A stretch of DNA of 64,000 nt, taken from an uncultured Methanosarcinales archaeon (lineage in GTDB: Archaea; Nanobdellota; Nanobdellia; Woesearchaeales; ARS49). The notes beneath the pieces are model-generated. The model was not told the DNA's origin, made no database searches, and saw only the letters and a list, made by a program, of their open reading frames with translations. The position numbers and the translations under genes are program-made. Location of the stretch: positions 419,694 to 483,693 of the forward strand of contig CAYGVI010000003.1 of the NCBI GenBank assembly GCA_964353335.1, in the 5' to 3' direction. Below are positions 1 through 8,556 of the stretch, in pieces (the first letter of the stretch is position 1; the number at the start of each line of letters is the position of its first letter).

Positions 1-954
1 ACCGCCATAGCCCTGAATCCCAATCAGCGCTTTTTCCAGCGCCTTGTCAATCTGGATGTCAGCAGGAGCCCTTAATGAGCATCTTACTTCACCGCTTTTG
101 ATTCTTCCAAGCACAATAACCTTATCCTTGAACTTGTAAAGAAGCTCATTTGCAAGGTCTTTTGTCAGTGAAAGCTCGTCGTGAGAGTAAGTGTGCACCA
201 ATAATCTGTCTTTTGCAGGGTTTTGGAGTATTGTTTCAAGCATTTTTTCGTAAATGCTGTTGATGAAAGAATATTTTTTGTGGATTAATCTTCCTCGAGC
301 AGTTGTCTGCTTCAGGATTTCATCAGGATTGTCAAGCCTTGTGAGCACTTTGATGCTTTTGTTCACTTCTGAAGTCGGTCCTTTCAAATTGAATGAGAAA
401 ACCTTGACCATCTGCCCCAAAGGCGAGTTAAACAGGGCTTCCTGAACCTCTTTTATTTCAGGCAGAAGGAAGCCTGGCATTTGTTCCTGCAGTTCTTTTG
501 CGAATTTCGGCCAGTACCAGTCTCCGATTGAGCCTGTTGCCGCAATCCATAAGTCCTGAGGATTCTCTTCTCCGACTACCTGCCAGCAAAGAACTGGTGT
601 TGGAATATTGTCCCCGTTTATTCTCGGGTTGAAGTATTTCACGCCCTCCCTTTGCAATGGCGCATGGTGGTCAATCCAATAGATAGGAACTTTAACAGCA
701 TCTATGAATTCCTGGTCAACCATTGCGATGTCAAGGATAAAGACAGCGTCAGCGTCATATTCCTCAACTTTTCTCGCAAAGTCAGCAGTTATGTGCGGAA
801 ATGCCTTTACGCAGTATCCTTTTCCTTCCTTTACTTTCCTGTAGAAGAGCAAAAAGCTCGCAAGCCCATCAGGGTCGTCGTGGAAAAAGAAGATAGGATG
901 CTTGCAGTTCTCCAGTGCATCCTTTAACTGCAAGACTTCTTTTGGTGAAAGCAT
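1..954 (-). CDS. DHH-family phosphoesterase (NrnA/RecJ-like), C-terminus runs off window start
   Basis: Hand translation of the minus strand gives MLSPKEVLQLKDALENCKHPIFFFHDDPDGLASF... (DHH motif). At the window edge it reads ...DIQIDKALEKALIGIQGYGG, consistent with the DHHA1 GGGH motif continuing beyond position 1. The ORF is open to the edge in frame. Absent from the ORF track because no stop lies inside the window. Confidence 0.75.
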   Translation of the reverse strand, partial: MLSPKEVLQLKDALENCKHPIFFFHDDPDGLASFLLFYRKVKEGKGYCVKAFPHITADFARKVEEYDADAVFILDIAMVDQEFIDAVKVPIYWIDHHAPLQREGVKYFNPRINGDNIPTPVLCWQVVGEENPQDLWIAATGSIGDWYWPKFAKELQEQMPGFLLPEIKEVQEALFNSPLGQMVKVFSFNLKGPTSEVNKSIKVLTRLDNPDEILKQTTARGRLIHKKYSFINSIYEKMLETILQNPAKDRLLVHTYSHDELSLTKDLANELLYKFKDKVIVLGRIKSGEVRCSLRAPADIQIDKALEKALIGIQGYGG

Positions 955-1133
955 GCTTTTGCGTCCCCCCGCTACATTTAAAAATATATGCCTGTTTAGT
1001 CCTTTTATGAGCGATATTTGCAAAGAATGCCAGTCATTCAAGGTTTTTGGCGAAAAATGCTGGTTTTACTGGGAGCGCAAGAAAACCTGCTCGCAGTTCA
1101 AGAAAACAGAAGACGATGAGCCACACTTCTTCT

Positions 1134-1766
1134 CTATTGATTTGCATCCGGTATTTCGCTGACTGCTGACTTTACCAGCTTTTCCACATCAATTCCCTGC
1201 TCGTATTTTTCCACCTCTGCAATTCTTGACTTTGTTTTTGGGTGTTGTGCTATCATGAAGCTGCAGCAGTCCTCATAAGGCGCGTTTGAAATGTCCAGTG
1301 TGCCGAGTTCTTTTGCCATGTCCATTATTTCGCGCTTGTCCCTTCCTATTAACGGGTGCAAGACAGTGCTTTTTGTTGCAGAATAGATTGTTCTCATGTT
1401 CTCAATTGTCTGCGAAGCAACCTGGCCAATGCTGTCTCCTGTCACAAGCGCTTCTGCGCCTTCTTTTTCCCTTATTTTGTCTGCAATCCTGAACATCATC
1501 CGCCGATAAACAATCATCCTGTAATCAGCAGGAACTGCCTTGATTATTGCCATCTGGATGTCCTTGAAAGGAATCATAATCAATTTGACCTTGCCGTACT
1601 TGGACAGCTGTTCAGCAAGCCGTTCTATCTTGCTCTTTACCCCTTCCTGCTGGGGAGTCTGGTTGTAAAAATGCACAAGAACAACTTCAATGCCTTTCTT
1701 CAAGAACAAAGCTGCTGCTACAGGACTGTCAATCCCGCCGCTTAGCAATGCAACAATTTTCTTCAT
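1134..1766 (-). CDS. thiI: ThiI-like PP-loop ATP pyrophosphatase (tRNA 4-thiouridine/thiamine sulfur-transfer catalytic domain only, no THUMP or rhodanese domain)
   Basis: Has the SGGIDSPVAA PP-loop (SGGxDS) signature at the N-terminus. 210 aa. Confidence 0.65.
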   Translation of the reverse strand: MKKIVALLSGGIDSPVAAALFLKKGIEVVLVHFYNQTPQQEGVKSKIERLAEQLSKYGKVKLIMIPFKDIQMAIIKAVPADYRMIVYRRMMFRIADKIREKEGAEALVTGDSIGQVASQTIENMRTIYSATKSTVLHPLIGRDKREIMDMAKELGTLDISNAPYEDCCSFMIAQHPKTKSRIAEVEKYEQGIDVEKLVKSAVSEIPDANQ

Positions 1767-1820
1767 TCTCTTATTTGCAGTATCTAAATCCTTTTATTAA
1801 GCTCTCTATTCCTGCGGCAT

Positions 1821-3026
1821 ATGGGGCGGTGCATACATTGCAAGAGCTTGAAACATACTGAAGAGCAGTGTCCGCTCTATGCAAAAGCTCAGGCAAGGAT
1901 GAAAGTCACGCAAAAGCTTACTTCGCCTGAGTTTTTCGGAGCAGCGCCAAGCCCTTTTATCGGAAGGTTTGGCTATCCTGACGTTCAGGTCGGTATTCTA
2001 ACCCCTCCAGAAGAAAAAGAGCAGGCTTGGCTGCATGATGCTCCTAATTATTGGTCTTTTTCTGACTACAATATCCCTCAGATTGTTGATTTGCGCTCTG
2101 CTTTGGTCAATTCCAGATTCAGGGCGAATGTGAAATCACACCAGCACCAGTGGCTTGAGCTTGTTCAGGAGGTTGGAATGGCTTCGCGCCCTGTTGAAGT
2201 TGAATTATCACTGAAAGATATTCCCAAATTCAGGCTGCAGGCAGACGCTTACACCGCTCCAATGGGTCCAAATGCAGAACTTACAAAGGCAAAAATCACA
2301 AGCAACCCGAAAATTCCTACAAAAGTTGAAAAGGTTGTTTCTGACATTGATTTGAAGGCAGGGGAAGCGCTTACATCGCTATACGAGAAGGGCATTGGGG
2401 AAAATGCTCTTAGCAAGCTCTTGAGCACAGGAGTCCTTGGCGTTGGCGAGCAGAGAAAACTCGTGCCAACCAGATGGAGCATTACCGCAACAGATGATCT
2501 GCTCGGCAAGCACATCATTGAAGAAATCAAGGATTACCAGTTCGCAGACTATTCAGCATACTTCGGACACTATCTCGGAAACTATTATTTGCTGTTATTC
2601 TTCCCTGATGCATGGAGTTATGAATTATTTGAAGTCTATCTTCCCGGCGACAAAACACAGTGCTCAACAGATTATGAGCCTTTTGGAGGCAGAAAGGAAT
2701 ATGCCTTTGACACAACAGGCGGGTATTACACAGTTCGTTTGGCAATTGCAGAAAAATTAAGAGATATCAAGCGCCAGGCCAGTGTTTTGGCATTGAGATT
2801 CATAACAGACGAGTACACTTTGCCTTTGGGAGTGTGGGTTACAAGGGAAGCTTCAAGAAAATCCGCCCAAAGCAAGCCAATAACATTTGCAAGCAAGGAA
2901 TTATTGCTCCAATACGCAAGAATTTTCGTGAAAAGGCACTTTAATTATGACGCAGACTTCCTTTTAACCAAGAGCAAGCTGCTGAAAAACCTCGGAAAGC
3001 AGCAAAGATTATCCTCTTTCATCTAA
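1821..3026 (+). CDS. NreA-like DNA repair protein (DUF650/DUF651 family), N-terminal Cys4 zinc ribbon
   Basis: N-terminal CxxC...CP..C cluster. Length and overall pattern resemble the archaeal Nre family. Assigned from family recall only. Confidence 0.45.
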   Translation: MGRCIHCKSLKHTEEQCPLYAKAQARMKVTQKLTSPEFFGAAPSPFIGRFGYPDVQVGILTPPEEKEQAWLHDAPNYWSFSDYNIPQIVDLRSALVNSRFRANVKSHQHQWLELVQEVGMASRPVEVELSLKDIPKFRLQADAYTAPMGPNAELTKAKITSNPKIPTKVEKVVSDIDLKAGEALTSLYEKGIGENALSKLLSTGVLGVGEQRKLVPTRWSITATDDLLGKHIIEEIKDYQFADYSAYFGHYLGNYYLLLFFPDAWSYELFEVYLPGDKTQCSTDYEPFGGRKEYAFDTTGGYYTVRLAIAEKLRDIKRQASVLALRFITDEYTLPLGVWVTREASRKSAQSKPITFASKELLLQYARIFVKRHFNYDADFLLTKSKLLKNLGKQQRLSSFI

Positions 3027-3059
3027 ATTCTTATAAACCCCTGAATTACAGGTTAGAAT

Positions 3060-3764
3060 ATGGCTGATTTTGCCCACATTGTTGCTGATTTGAAGAAAGC
3101 GATTGAAAGCGCACGCAAGGAAAGCATTTCTTTGGCTCCTGAAAAAGCAAGCGGGTTCAAGGATTTCACAGCACAAAGGCGCGAACAGCTGAGAAGGACT
3201 ATTTTTGCAGGATTAAGCACACTCACAAATGAATCAGCAGGCGTTCTTCAGGGCAAAGCAAGCAAAATAATTCAGGAAATGCAGATTATGCAGGATTTGG
3301 AAAAGCTTGACAAGCTCGCTGACGAACTTCTCACGCTTGTTGCAGATGATGACTCGCCCCAAAGCGCGTTAATGCTGAAAAAGCCAAGGGTTCCTTTTGA
3401 AATTCACGATGAAATCCAGGCAGACATCCAGGAAATACACCGCTGCATGGAAAACCAGTGCTTCAGGTCTGCAGTTATCCTGTGCGGCAGGGTTCTTGAA
3501 ACAGCACTGCACCGCAAATACTTTGACGTAACAAAAAATGATTTATTGGAAAAATCACCAGGAATGGGTCTTGGCAATTTAGTAGCAAAGCTTTCAGAAC
3601 AGGGAGTCTTGCTTGACCCTGGTCTTGGAAACCAAATTCATCTAATCAACCAGGTCAGAATCCACAGCGTTCACCAGAAGCAGGACGCATTCAAGCCCTC
3701 AGAAGCCCAAGCTCAGGCAATAGTCTTGTACACGATTGATGTCTTGCAGAAATTATTCGCCTAA
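3060..3764 (+). CDS. HEPN-domain protein (DUF4145/Apea-like) with N-terminal coiled-coil
   Basis: C-terminal RIHSVH gives an Rx4H HEPN motif. This is preceded by a conserved helix (FRSAVILCGRVLETALHRKYF) typical of DUF4145. Confidence 0.5.
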   Translation: MADFAHIVADLKKAIESARKESISLAPEKASGFKDFTAQRREQLRRTIFAGLSTLTNESAGVLQGKASKIIQEMQIMQDLEKLDKLADELLTLVADDDSPQSALMLKKPRVPFEIHDEIQADIQEIHRCMENQCFRSAVILCGRVLETALHRKYFDVTKNDLLEKSPGMGLGNLVAKLSEQGVLLDPGLGNQIHLINQVRIHSVHQKQDAFKPSEAQAQAIVLYTIDVLQKLFA

Positions 3765-6284
3765 TTTCTTAAATTCATCAAGGTCTTTCCTGAACCGTTC
3801 TATTGTTTTTCCAATGAATTCAGGCTGTGTCTGAAGAATTTCAGATGTTTTTGCAACAACATCGCCTTCGTATTCATCTTTGGAAACAAGGGCAAACCAG
3901 TCTGAGTTAATTGGCTGCTTCTTAGACGCTGCCTTTCGCGCTTTTTTCCATTTTTCAAACAATTCCTGAGCTCTTCCAGGCACTTGTGATGGTTTGCAGT
4001 CCAAAATCTTTGCAATTTCAGACGCCCTGTCTTTTTCCTGTGAAATTACTTTCTTCGCAGCCTCGCCAGCAGCAAAATAAAGCCTTACAACACCGTCTTG
4101 CACCTTGTTTGTCTTGAGAATCTTGATTTGCTCTGCTTCAGAGGTGTTGTTCAGGTGAGTTCCTCCGCAGGCTTCAACATCAACTCCCTTGATTTCAACA
4201 ATCCTTAACTGTTTTCCTGGTACTGCGCCGCCCTGATAGATTGCAACTCCGTATTTCCGCTCAGCTTCTTCGCGGGCAACAAGCATTTTGATGACTTCTG
4301 CCTTCTTTTTGATGATTTTGTTTGCCTCTTCCTCAATGCGCGATAATTCCTCGTCGGAAACTGTCTGATAATGAGTGATGTCCAAATATGCCTTGTCAAT
4401 GTCTTTTTTCGCGCTTGCCTGGTTGCAGTGCGGTCCAAGAACGCGCCTTGCAGCTGCATTTACAATGTGCGTGCTTGTGTGGTGCTGTGAGAGCTGTTTC
4501 CTGCGGCTCAAATCCACCATTCCCTTGACTGTGTCTCCTTCCTTGAAGTCTGGCTTTTCAGCAAGAACGTGAACAATTACCCCGCCCTGCTTGAAAGCGT
4601 CAACAACATGGCCTTTGTTAAGTGTTCCGTGGTCAGCTACCTGGCCGCCAGACACAGGATAAAAGTCAGTCTTGTCCAAAACAACATTGTTTCCGATAAT
4701 CTTGAGCACTTTTGCAGAAAACTCTTTTGGCTTCCAGTCGCCCCAGTAAAGGATTTCTGTGTCAGGAATATCGTCGAGGTCAAGCTTTTCCTCTCTTTCA
4801 GTTTGTGTTTCCTGCTCTTTCTTGTCGCCTTCATGCAGTTTTGCAACCATTGAATAGAAATTCTTTGGGAAATTGACTTTTTTGCCCTGCTTTGCAGCTT
4901 CCTCAGCAACAAGTTCAGGCGCAATTCCCTGGCTGTCATAGAGCTCAATCAGTTCTTTTGTTGTAAGTTCCTTTGCAGCAATCTTTGCGAGCATTGCCTT
5001 TGTCTTTTCCTGTGTTGCCTTGTACCTTAATTTCTCAACTTCAATGATTTTGCGGACATTTGGCAATTGCTCAGACAATTCCGGGAACAATGGCTTTAAT
5101 TCTGAGGCGTGCCAGTCGCACACATCGCAAAGGTCAACCTTCCAGTTGTACTTGTCAATAAATCCGAGAGACCTGCGAAGAATAACCCTGAGGTTGTACA
5201 TTCCGCCAACATTGCTTGGCAAAGCGCCGTCAGTGAGCGCAATCAATAATGCCCTTGCATGTTCTGCGATTGCATAAACCGCGGCAATAGGCTCAACGCG
5301 CGTCCTTAACTCAGTTACATCAATTCCGATTTTGGATGCAACCTCTTTCCAGGCTTTGTCAAGGTCAGCGACTTCTCCAACATTAAGATACGGAGTCAAT
5401 GGCAAAAACTTTTTCATCAGTTCCTGGTCTATTTTCACCCCAGTTGCCTTTGTTAATTTCTTCAAAACTTCTGGGAATGTTGCGTCATAGGCAGTTGCTG
5501 TTCCCTGTGTGAACCAGGCAGCGCGTTCCTGCCCCTGCCCCATGTCAAGCACTTTAATCGAAAGTTCCTTGCTTCCAGTCGGAGTTGCTTCATACTGCAT
5601 GTAGACCTGGTTGCTTATTTCCAAGCCGTGTGAGAAGAATTCCATGCAGGGTCCGAAGTTTCCTCCTCCTGCCCAGCCGTCTTCGTGTATTGTCAAATCC
5701 TCGAGCTTAAGGCCCATTCCTTCTGTGAGCCAGGTGATGTGGTGGCTTATGTACTTGTTTATGTCATAGTCTTTTGGAGCGAAAAAGCCGTGCTGCCCCA
5801 TCATTACGAAGCAGACAAAGTGCCCTGTTATTCCGACATTGTCAATATCGCCGAATCTCAATGAAAACTGTGGTATTACCAGCGGGTTTGCAGGTGGCTT
5901 TACCTCTCCTGAAACAACATATGGCTGGAATGCAGCTATGCTCGCAATGGTGAACTCCGTGGTAGGATTCCATCTGGCGACCACTGGATAGCGTTTTATC
6001 GGAGTATAGCCCAGCTTGCTGTATACCTCTGCAAACTTCTCCCAGACGCCAATATAGCTTAATTTGTGCCCTTGTGGCTTTCCTATGAACCTGAAGCCGC
6101 CAGAACACGCAGGGTCTCCGCATACCTTTTGCTCGGGGTGTAAAGTCCAGAAGTTTCTCTTGCACTTTGTGCAGCTGTGCCTTCCAAAGCCAAGCTCCTT
6201 CAAAGTCTTTGTCGGAAAATACTTGTCAGGGCTTGCGCTTGCTGTTTTCTTGAACTTGTCCTTCAGCTCTGCATCTGTTGGCAT
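3753..6284 (-). CDS. alaS: alanyl-tRNA synthetase (archaeal type)
   Basis: 843 aa. N-terminal zinc-binding Cys pattern, class II core, and an editing domain HxxxH (HHTSTHIV) plus a CxxxH-like region. Confidence 0.9.
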   Translation of the reverse strand: MPTDAELKDKFKKTASASPDKYFPTKTLKELGFGRHSCTKCKRNFWTLHPEQKVCGDPACSGGFRFIGKPQGHKLSYIGVWEKFAEVYSKLGYTPIKRYPVVARWNPTTEFTIASIAAFQPYVVSGEVKPPANPLVIPQFSLRFGDIDNVGITGHFVCFVMMGQHGFFAPKDYDINKYISHHITWLTEGMGLKLEDLTIHEDGWAGGGNFGPCMEFFSHGLEISNQVYMQYEATPTGSKELSIKVLDMGQGQERAAWFTQGTATAYDATFPEVLKKLTKATGVKIDQELMKKFLPLTPYLNVGEVADLDKAWKEVASKIGIDVTELRTRVEPIAAVYAIAEHARALLIALTDGALPSNVGGMYNLRVILRRSLGFIDKYNWKVDLCDVCDWHASELKPLFPELSEQLPNVRKIIEVEKLRYKATQEKTKAMLAKIAAKELTTKELIELYDSQGIAPELVAEEAAKQGKKVNFPKNFYSMVAKLHEGDKKEQETQTEREEKLDLDDIPDTEILYWGDWKPKEFSAKVLKIIGNNVVLDKTDFYPVSGGQVADHGTLNKGHVVDAFKQGGVIVHVLAEKPDFKEGDTVKGMVDLSRRKQLSQHHTSTHIVNAAARRVLGPHCNQASAKKDIDKAYLDITHYQTVSDEELSRIEEEANKIIKKKAEVIKMLVAREEAERKYGVAIYQGGAVPGKQLRIVEIKGVDVEACGGTHLNNTSEAEQIKILKTNKVQDGVVRLYFAAGEAAKKVISQEKDRASEIAKILDCKPSQVPGRAQELFEKWKKARKAASKKQPINSDWFALVSKDEYEGDVVAKTSEILQTQPEFIGKTIERFRKDLDEFKKLGE

Positions 6285-6344
6285 AACGACGATTGGAGAA
6301 CGTGACAGGTTTATTAAGCTTATTGGGAAGTATGTTAGAGAAGG

Positions 6345-6722
6345 TCAAATGCCCATAATGCGCTTGAATTCTGCAATTTGCCCAGTAAGTCCGAGGTCTT
6401 TAGAAACATATTCGACTTTCTTTTCCCTGGCAGTTGCTTCTGCCTTATTGTCTGCAGAAGTAATTGCTATCTTGGCGTCTGGATGGTATTTTCTTATGAG
6501 GTCTATTGCTTCAGGCGCCAGGTAAAGAATTCGGTCTCCATCTTCGTGTGGAAAATTGCCATCAACAGCAAAAAGCTGCGCATTACAATCTTTTAGCGCA
6601 TCTTCCAGTGATTTAAGGCAGGATACGCCCATAAATGTCAGTGAATTACGCCTTATGTCCCCCTCGGCAAAGCTGAGGACATCTGGGTCATCCTCCACCA
6701 TTATTATGTCATAGTTTGGCAT
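6345..6722 (-). CDS. stand-alone response regulator receiver (CheY-like)
   Basis: IMVEDDPD acidic pocket, a putative phospho-Asp in LFAVDGNFP, and conserved T/S and K positions. 125 aa. Confidence 0.65.
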   Translation of the reverse strand: MPNYDIIMVEDDPDVLSFAEGDIRRNSLTFMGVSCLKSLEDALKDCNAQLFAVDGNFPHEDGDRILYLAPEAIDLIRKYHPDAKIAITSADNKAEATAREKKVEYVSKDLGLTGQIAEFKRIMGI

Positions 6723-6761
6723 CGGGTCGATATTTAGACGCTGTTTATTAAGCTTATTCCA

Positions 6762-7082
6762 TTAGTCAGTGTAGAGCGGGTCGTCGCTTCTTACAACCTG
6801 GTGGGTGGGTGTGTTTTGCTTCTTTGGCGCAGTGTTAGTTACTGTGCGTGCCAGTGCTTTTGCAAAAGAAAGATTGCCGCAGTTTATGCAATTGAAATAC
6901 ACACCCCAGTCGCCTTGTTTTAATTCAAGCCAGCTGCCGCACATGCACTTCATGTCAGGAAGTTTTTCCTTGTTATGGGCGTTGCAGGTCGGCACACCCT
7001 GCATATTCTGCGTTATGGCTGGCTTTTTGCAGAATGGGCAGTCCATCCTCTTTGATTCGCCATATCGCTTTGGGATGAACAT
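6762..7082 (-). CDS. zinc-ribbon protein with two C4 clusters (topoisomerase-type zinc finger-like)
   Basis: CPFCKK...CNAH and CMCGSWLELKQGDWGVYFNCINCG. Confidence 0.4.
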   Translation of the reverse strand: MFIPKRYGESKRMDCPFCKKPAITQNMQGVPTCNAHNKEKLPDMKCMCGSWLELKQGDWGVYFNCINCGNLSFAKALARTVTNTAPKKQNTPTHQVVRSDDPLYTD

Positions 7083-7154
7083 AACCGCGCGATAACTTGC
7101 AGGCTATAAAACAGTTGCGTCTCCGCTAGGAGCGCTTCAATATGAACAAATTAA

Positions 7155-7219
7155 ATGTCGGAAACCTATGGTTTTCGAGCATGCTCAAGAACCACATAGC
7201 TGAAGCTAGTGGTTCTTGA
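7155..7219 (-). repeat. family A element copy 2 (shorter variant plus extra 11-bp hairpin CAAGAACCAC/GTGGTTCTTG), upstream of the zinc-ribbon gene
   Basis: The reverse complement reads GTGGTTCTTGAGCATGCTCGAAAACCATAGGTTTCCGACAT. Confidence 0.6.
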
Positions 7220-7249
7220 CAAAAAAAGAAAGAGATAAAAAATAAAAAT

Positions 7250-8221
7250 TTACTCAGGCTGTTCGTTGCTTGAGCCCATCTTGGTAAAGCCGATTATGAG
7301 GCCGATTACAACCAAGAGTGCGACAAGGCACAACAGGATGACTTCCAAAGCCTTGCGGACTCCGCTTGTCTTTGGAACTGCGTCAACTGTGTTGTTCACA
7401 ACAGGCGGTGGCAGCTGTACTGTAGCAGTTTCCTTTTCCTGGTTGCAGGTTGGGTCTTCTGTTACTTCCATCTGTCCCTCGACGCCTGTCTTGCTGAAGC
7501 CGTCGTTGTATGCGACCTGAATGTTCATGTCGTAAACACCTGGCTTTGCGCACTTGGGAACGCGCAGGTAGAGCTCTTCAGTCTCCTTGTCCTCGTCATA
7601 CTCTATCTGATCTATGTAGTCAGATGCAGAGATTCCGAGGTCTGGAACCGAAACAGTCACCTTAACGTCTTCCTCGTCCTTCTCGCCGTAGTTGAAGACG
7701 CGCACAGTGGTCAGCAATGCCTGGCCTGCCTGAACGTGCCTTGAAGGCGTGAAGATTGCGTCAACGACCTGGAGGTCGTGGCGTGGAACATCCATCTTAA
7801 CGTTGTAGTTTTCGAATACTTCCTTTCCGTCGCGGTCAGTCACAACAACACGCACCTTGTAATTGTCCTCTTTAACCAGGTCGGGGAAGGTTATGTAGAG
7901 GGTCTTGCGGTATGTGACACCGGAGTCCATATCAAATGGTCCGACATTGTCAGAAAGTGTAAGATCCGTGCTGTGCTCAAATCCAGACACAAAGACCTGG
8001 ACTTCAACATCATCCACGTCTTCAGCTGCTTCGAGCGTGACTTCGAACTTGACCTTGCTGTCCCTGAGGACATCCAGGCGGTTGTTCTGGTCTGCGGATA
8101 TTGCGTGGTCGTCAAGCTCCACCCGAGTTATGTTAACCGGGATTGCGGCAACGGCACCGACCAGTGCCAATGCGCAGAGGAGCACAATTCCAAACATTCC
8201 AAATGCTTTGTGCGTGTTCAT
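7250..8221 (-). CDS. secreted/surface type I membrane protein (signal peptide, acidic beta-rich ectodomain, C-terminal TM anchor)
   Basis: N-terminal hydrophobic signal (GMFGIVLLCALALVGAVAA) and C-terminal TM (LEVILLCLVALLVVIGLIIGF). Confidence 0.5.
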   Translation of the reverse strand: MNTHKAFGMFGIVLLCALALVGAVAAIPVNITRVELDDHAISADQNNRLDVLRDSKVKFEVTLEAAEDVDDVEVQVFVSGFEHSTDLTLSDNVGPFDMDSGVTYRKTLYITFPDLVKEDNYKVRVVVTDRDGKEVFENYNVKMDVPRHDLQVVDAIFTPSRHVQAGQALLTTVRVFNYGEKDEEDVKVTVSVPDLGISASDYIDQIEYDEDKETEELYLRVPKCAKPGVYDMNIQVAYNDGFSKTGVEGQMEVTEDPTCNQEKETATVQLPPPVVNNTVDAVPKTSGVRKALEVILLCLVALLVVIGLIIGFTKMGSSNEQPE

Positions 8222-8556
8222 TTTTGTATTAACCCCCGACTTTAATTAGCGTGAAAAACGCTTTTGTTACCCCCAGTTAATAGTGACCTATTTATAAAGC
8301 TTCGTATCTACAACCATTATATAGTAGTAAAAACACAGGTATTAGACAAATGCCGCAATAAGGGCGCCCTACGGTCGCAGAGACCAACCATAGTGAAAGA
8401 ACTTCTCCTTATCGTTCTGTCTCTGGCGCGGTACGCGCCCGTTATTTGTAGTATCTGTTTTCTCTATGTGGTTGCGCCCGTTATTTGTATTCGTTTTTGT
8501 CGCAGTGTGCTTCCAGAGCAACTACATTTTTAAACACCGTGAAATGCCCATAATGT

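Noticed and set aside
1036-1147. Apparent alternative upstream start (MQINREEVW...) for the DHH gene
   Set aside because: Hand translation shows it is in a different frame from the DHH ORF and terminates after 37 codons. The DHH N-terminus MLSPKEV...HDDPDG beginning at 954 fits the family.
4569-4948. Multiple 60-100-aa ORFs on both strands inside alaS, ppsA, infB, lonB-proximal and other long genes
   Set aside because: They are fully nested within well-supported long CDS and are low-complexity, typical shadow ORFs.
7142-7219. 25-aa ORF (MNKLNVGNLWFSSMLKNHIAEASGS) in the 7.1-kb intergenic region
   Set aside because: It lies entirely within the family A repeat element, and the shared nucleotides are read in different frames in the other copies.
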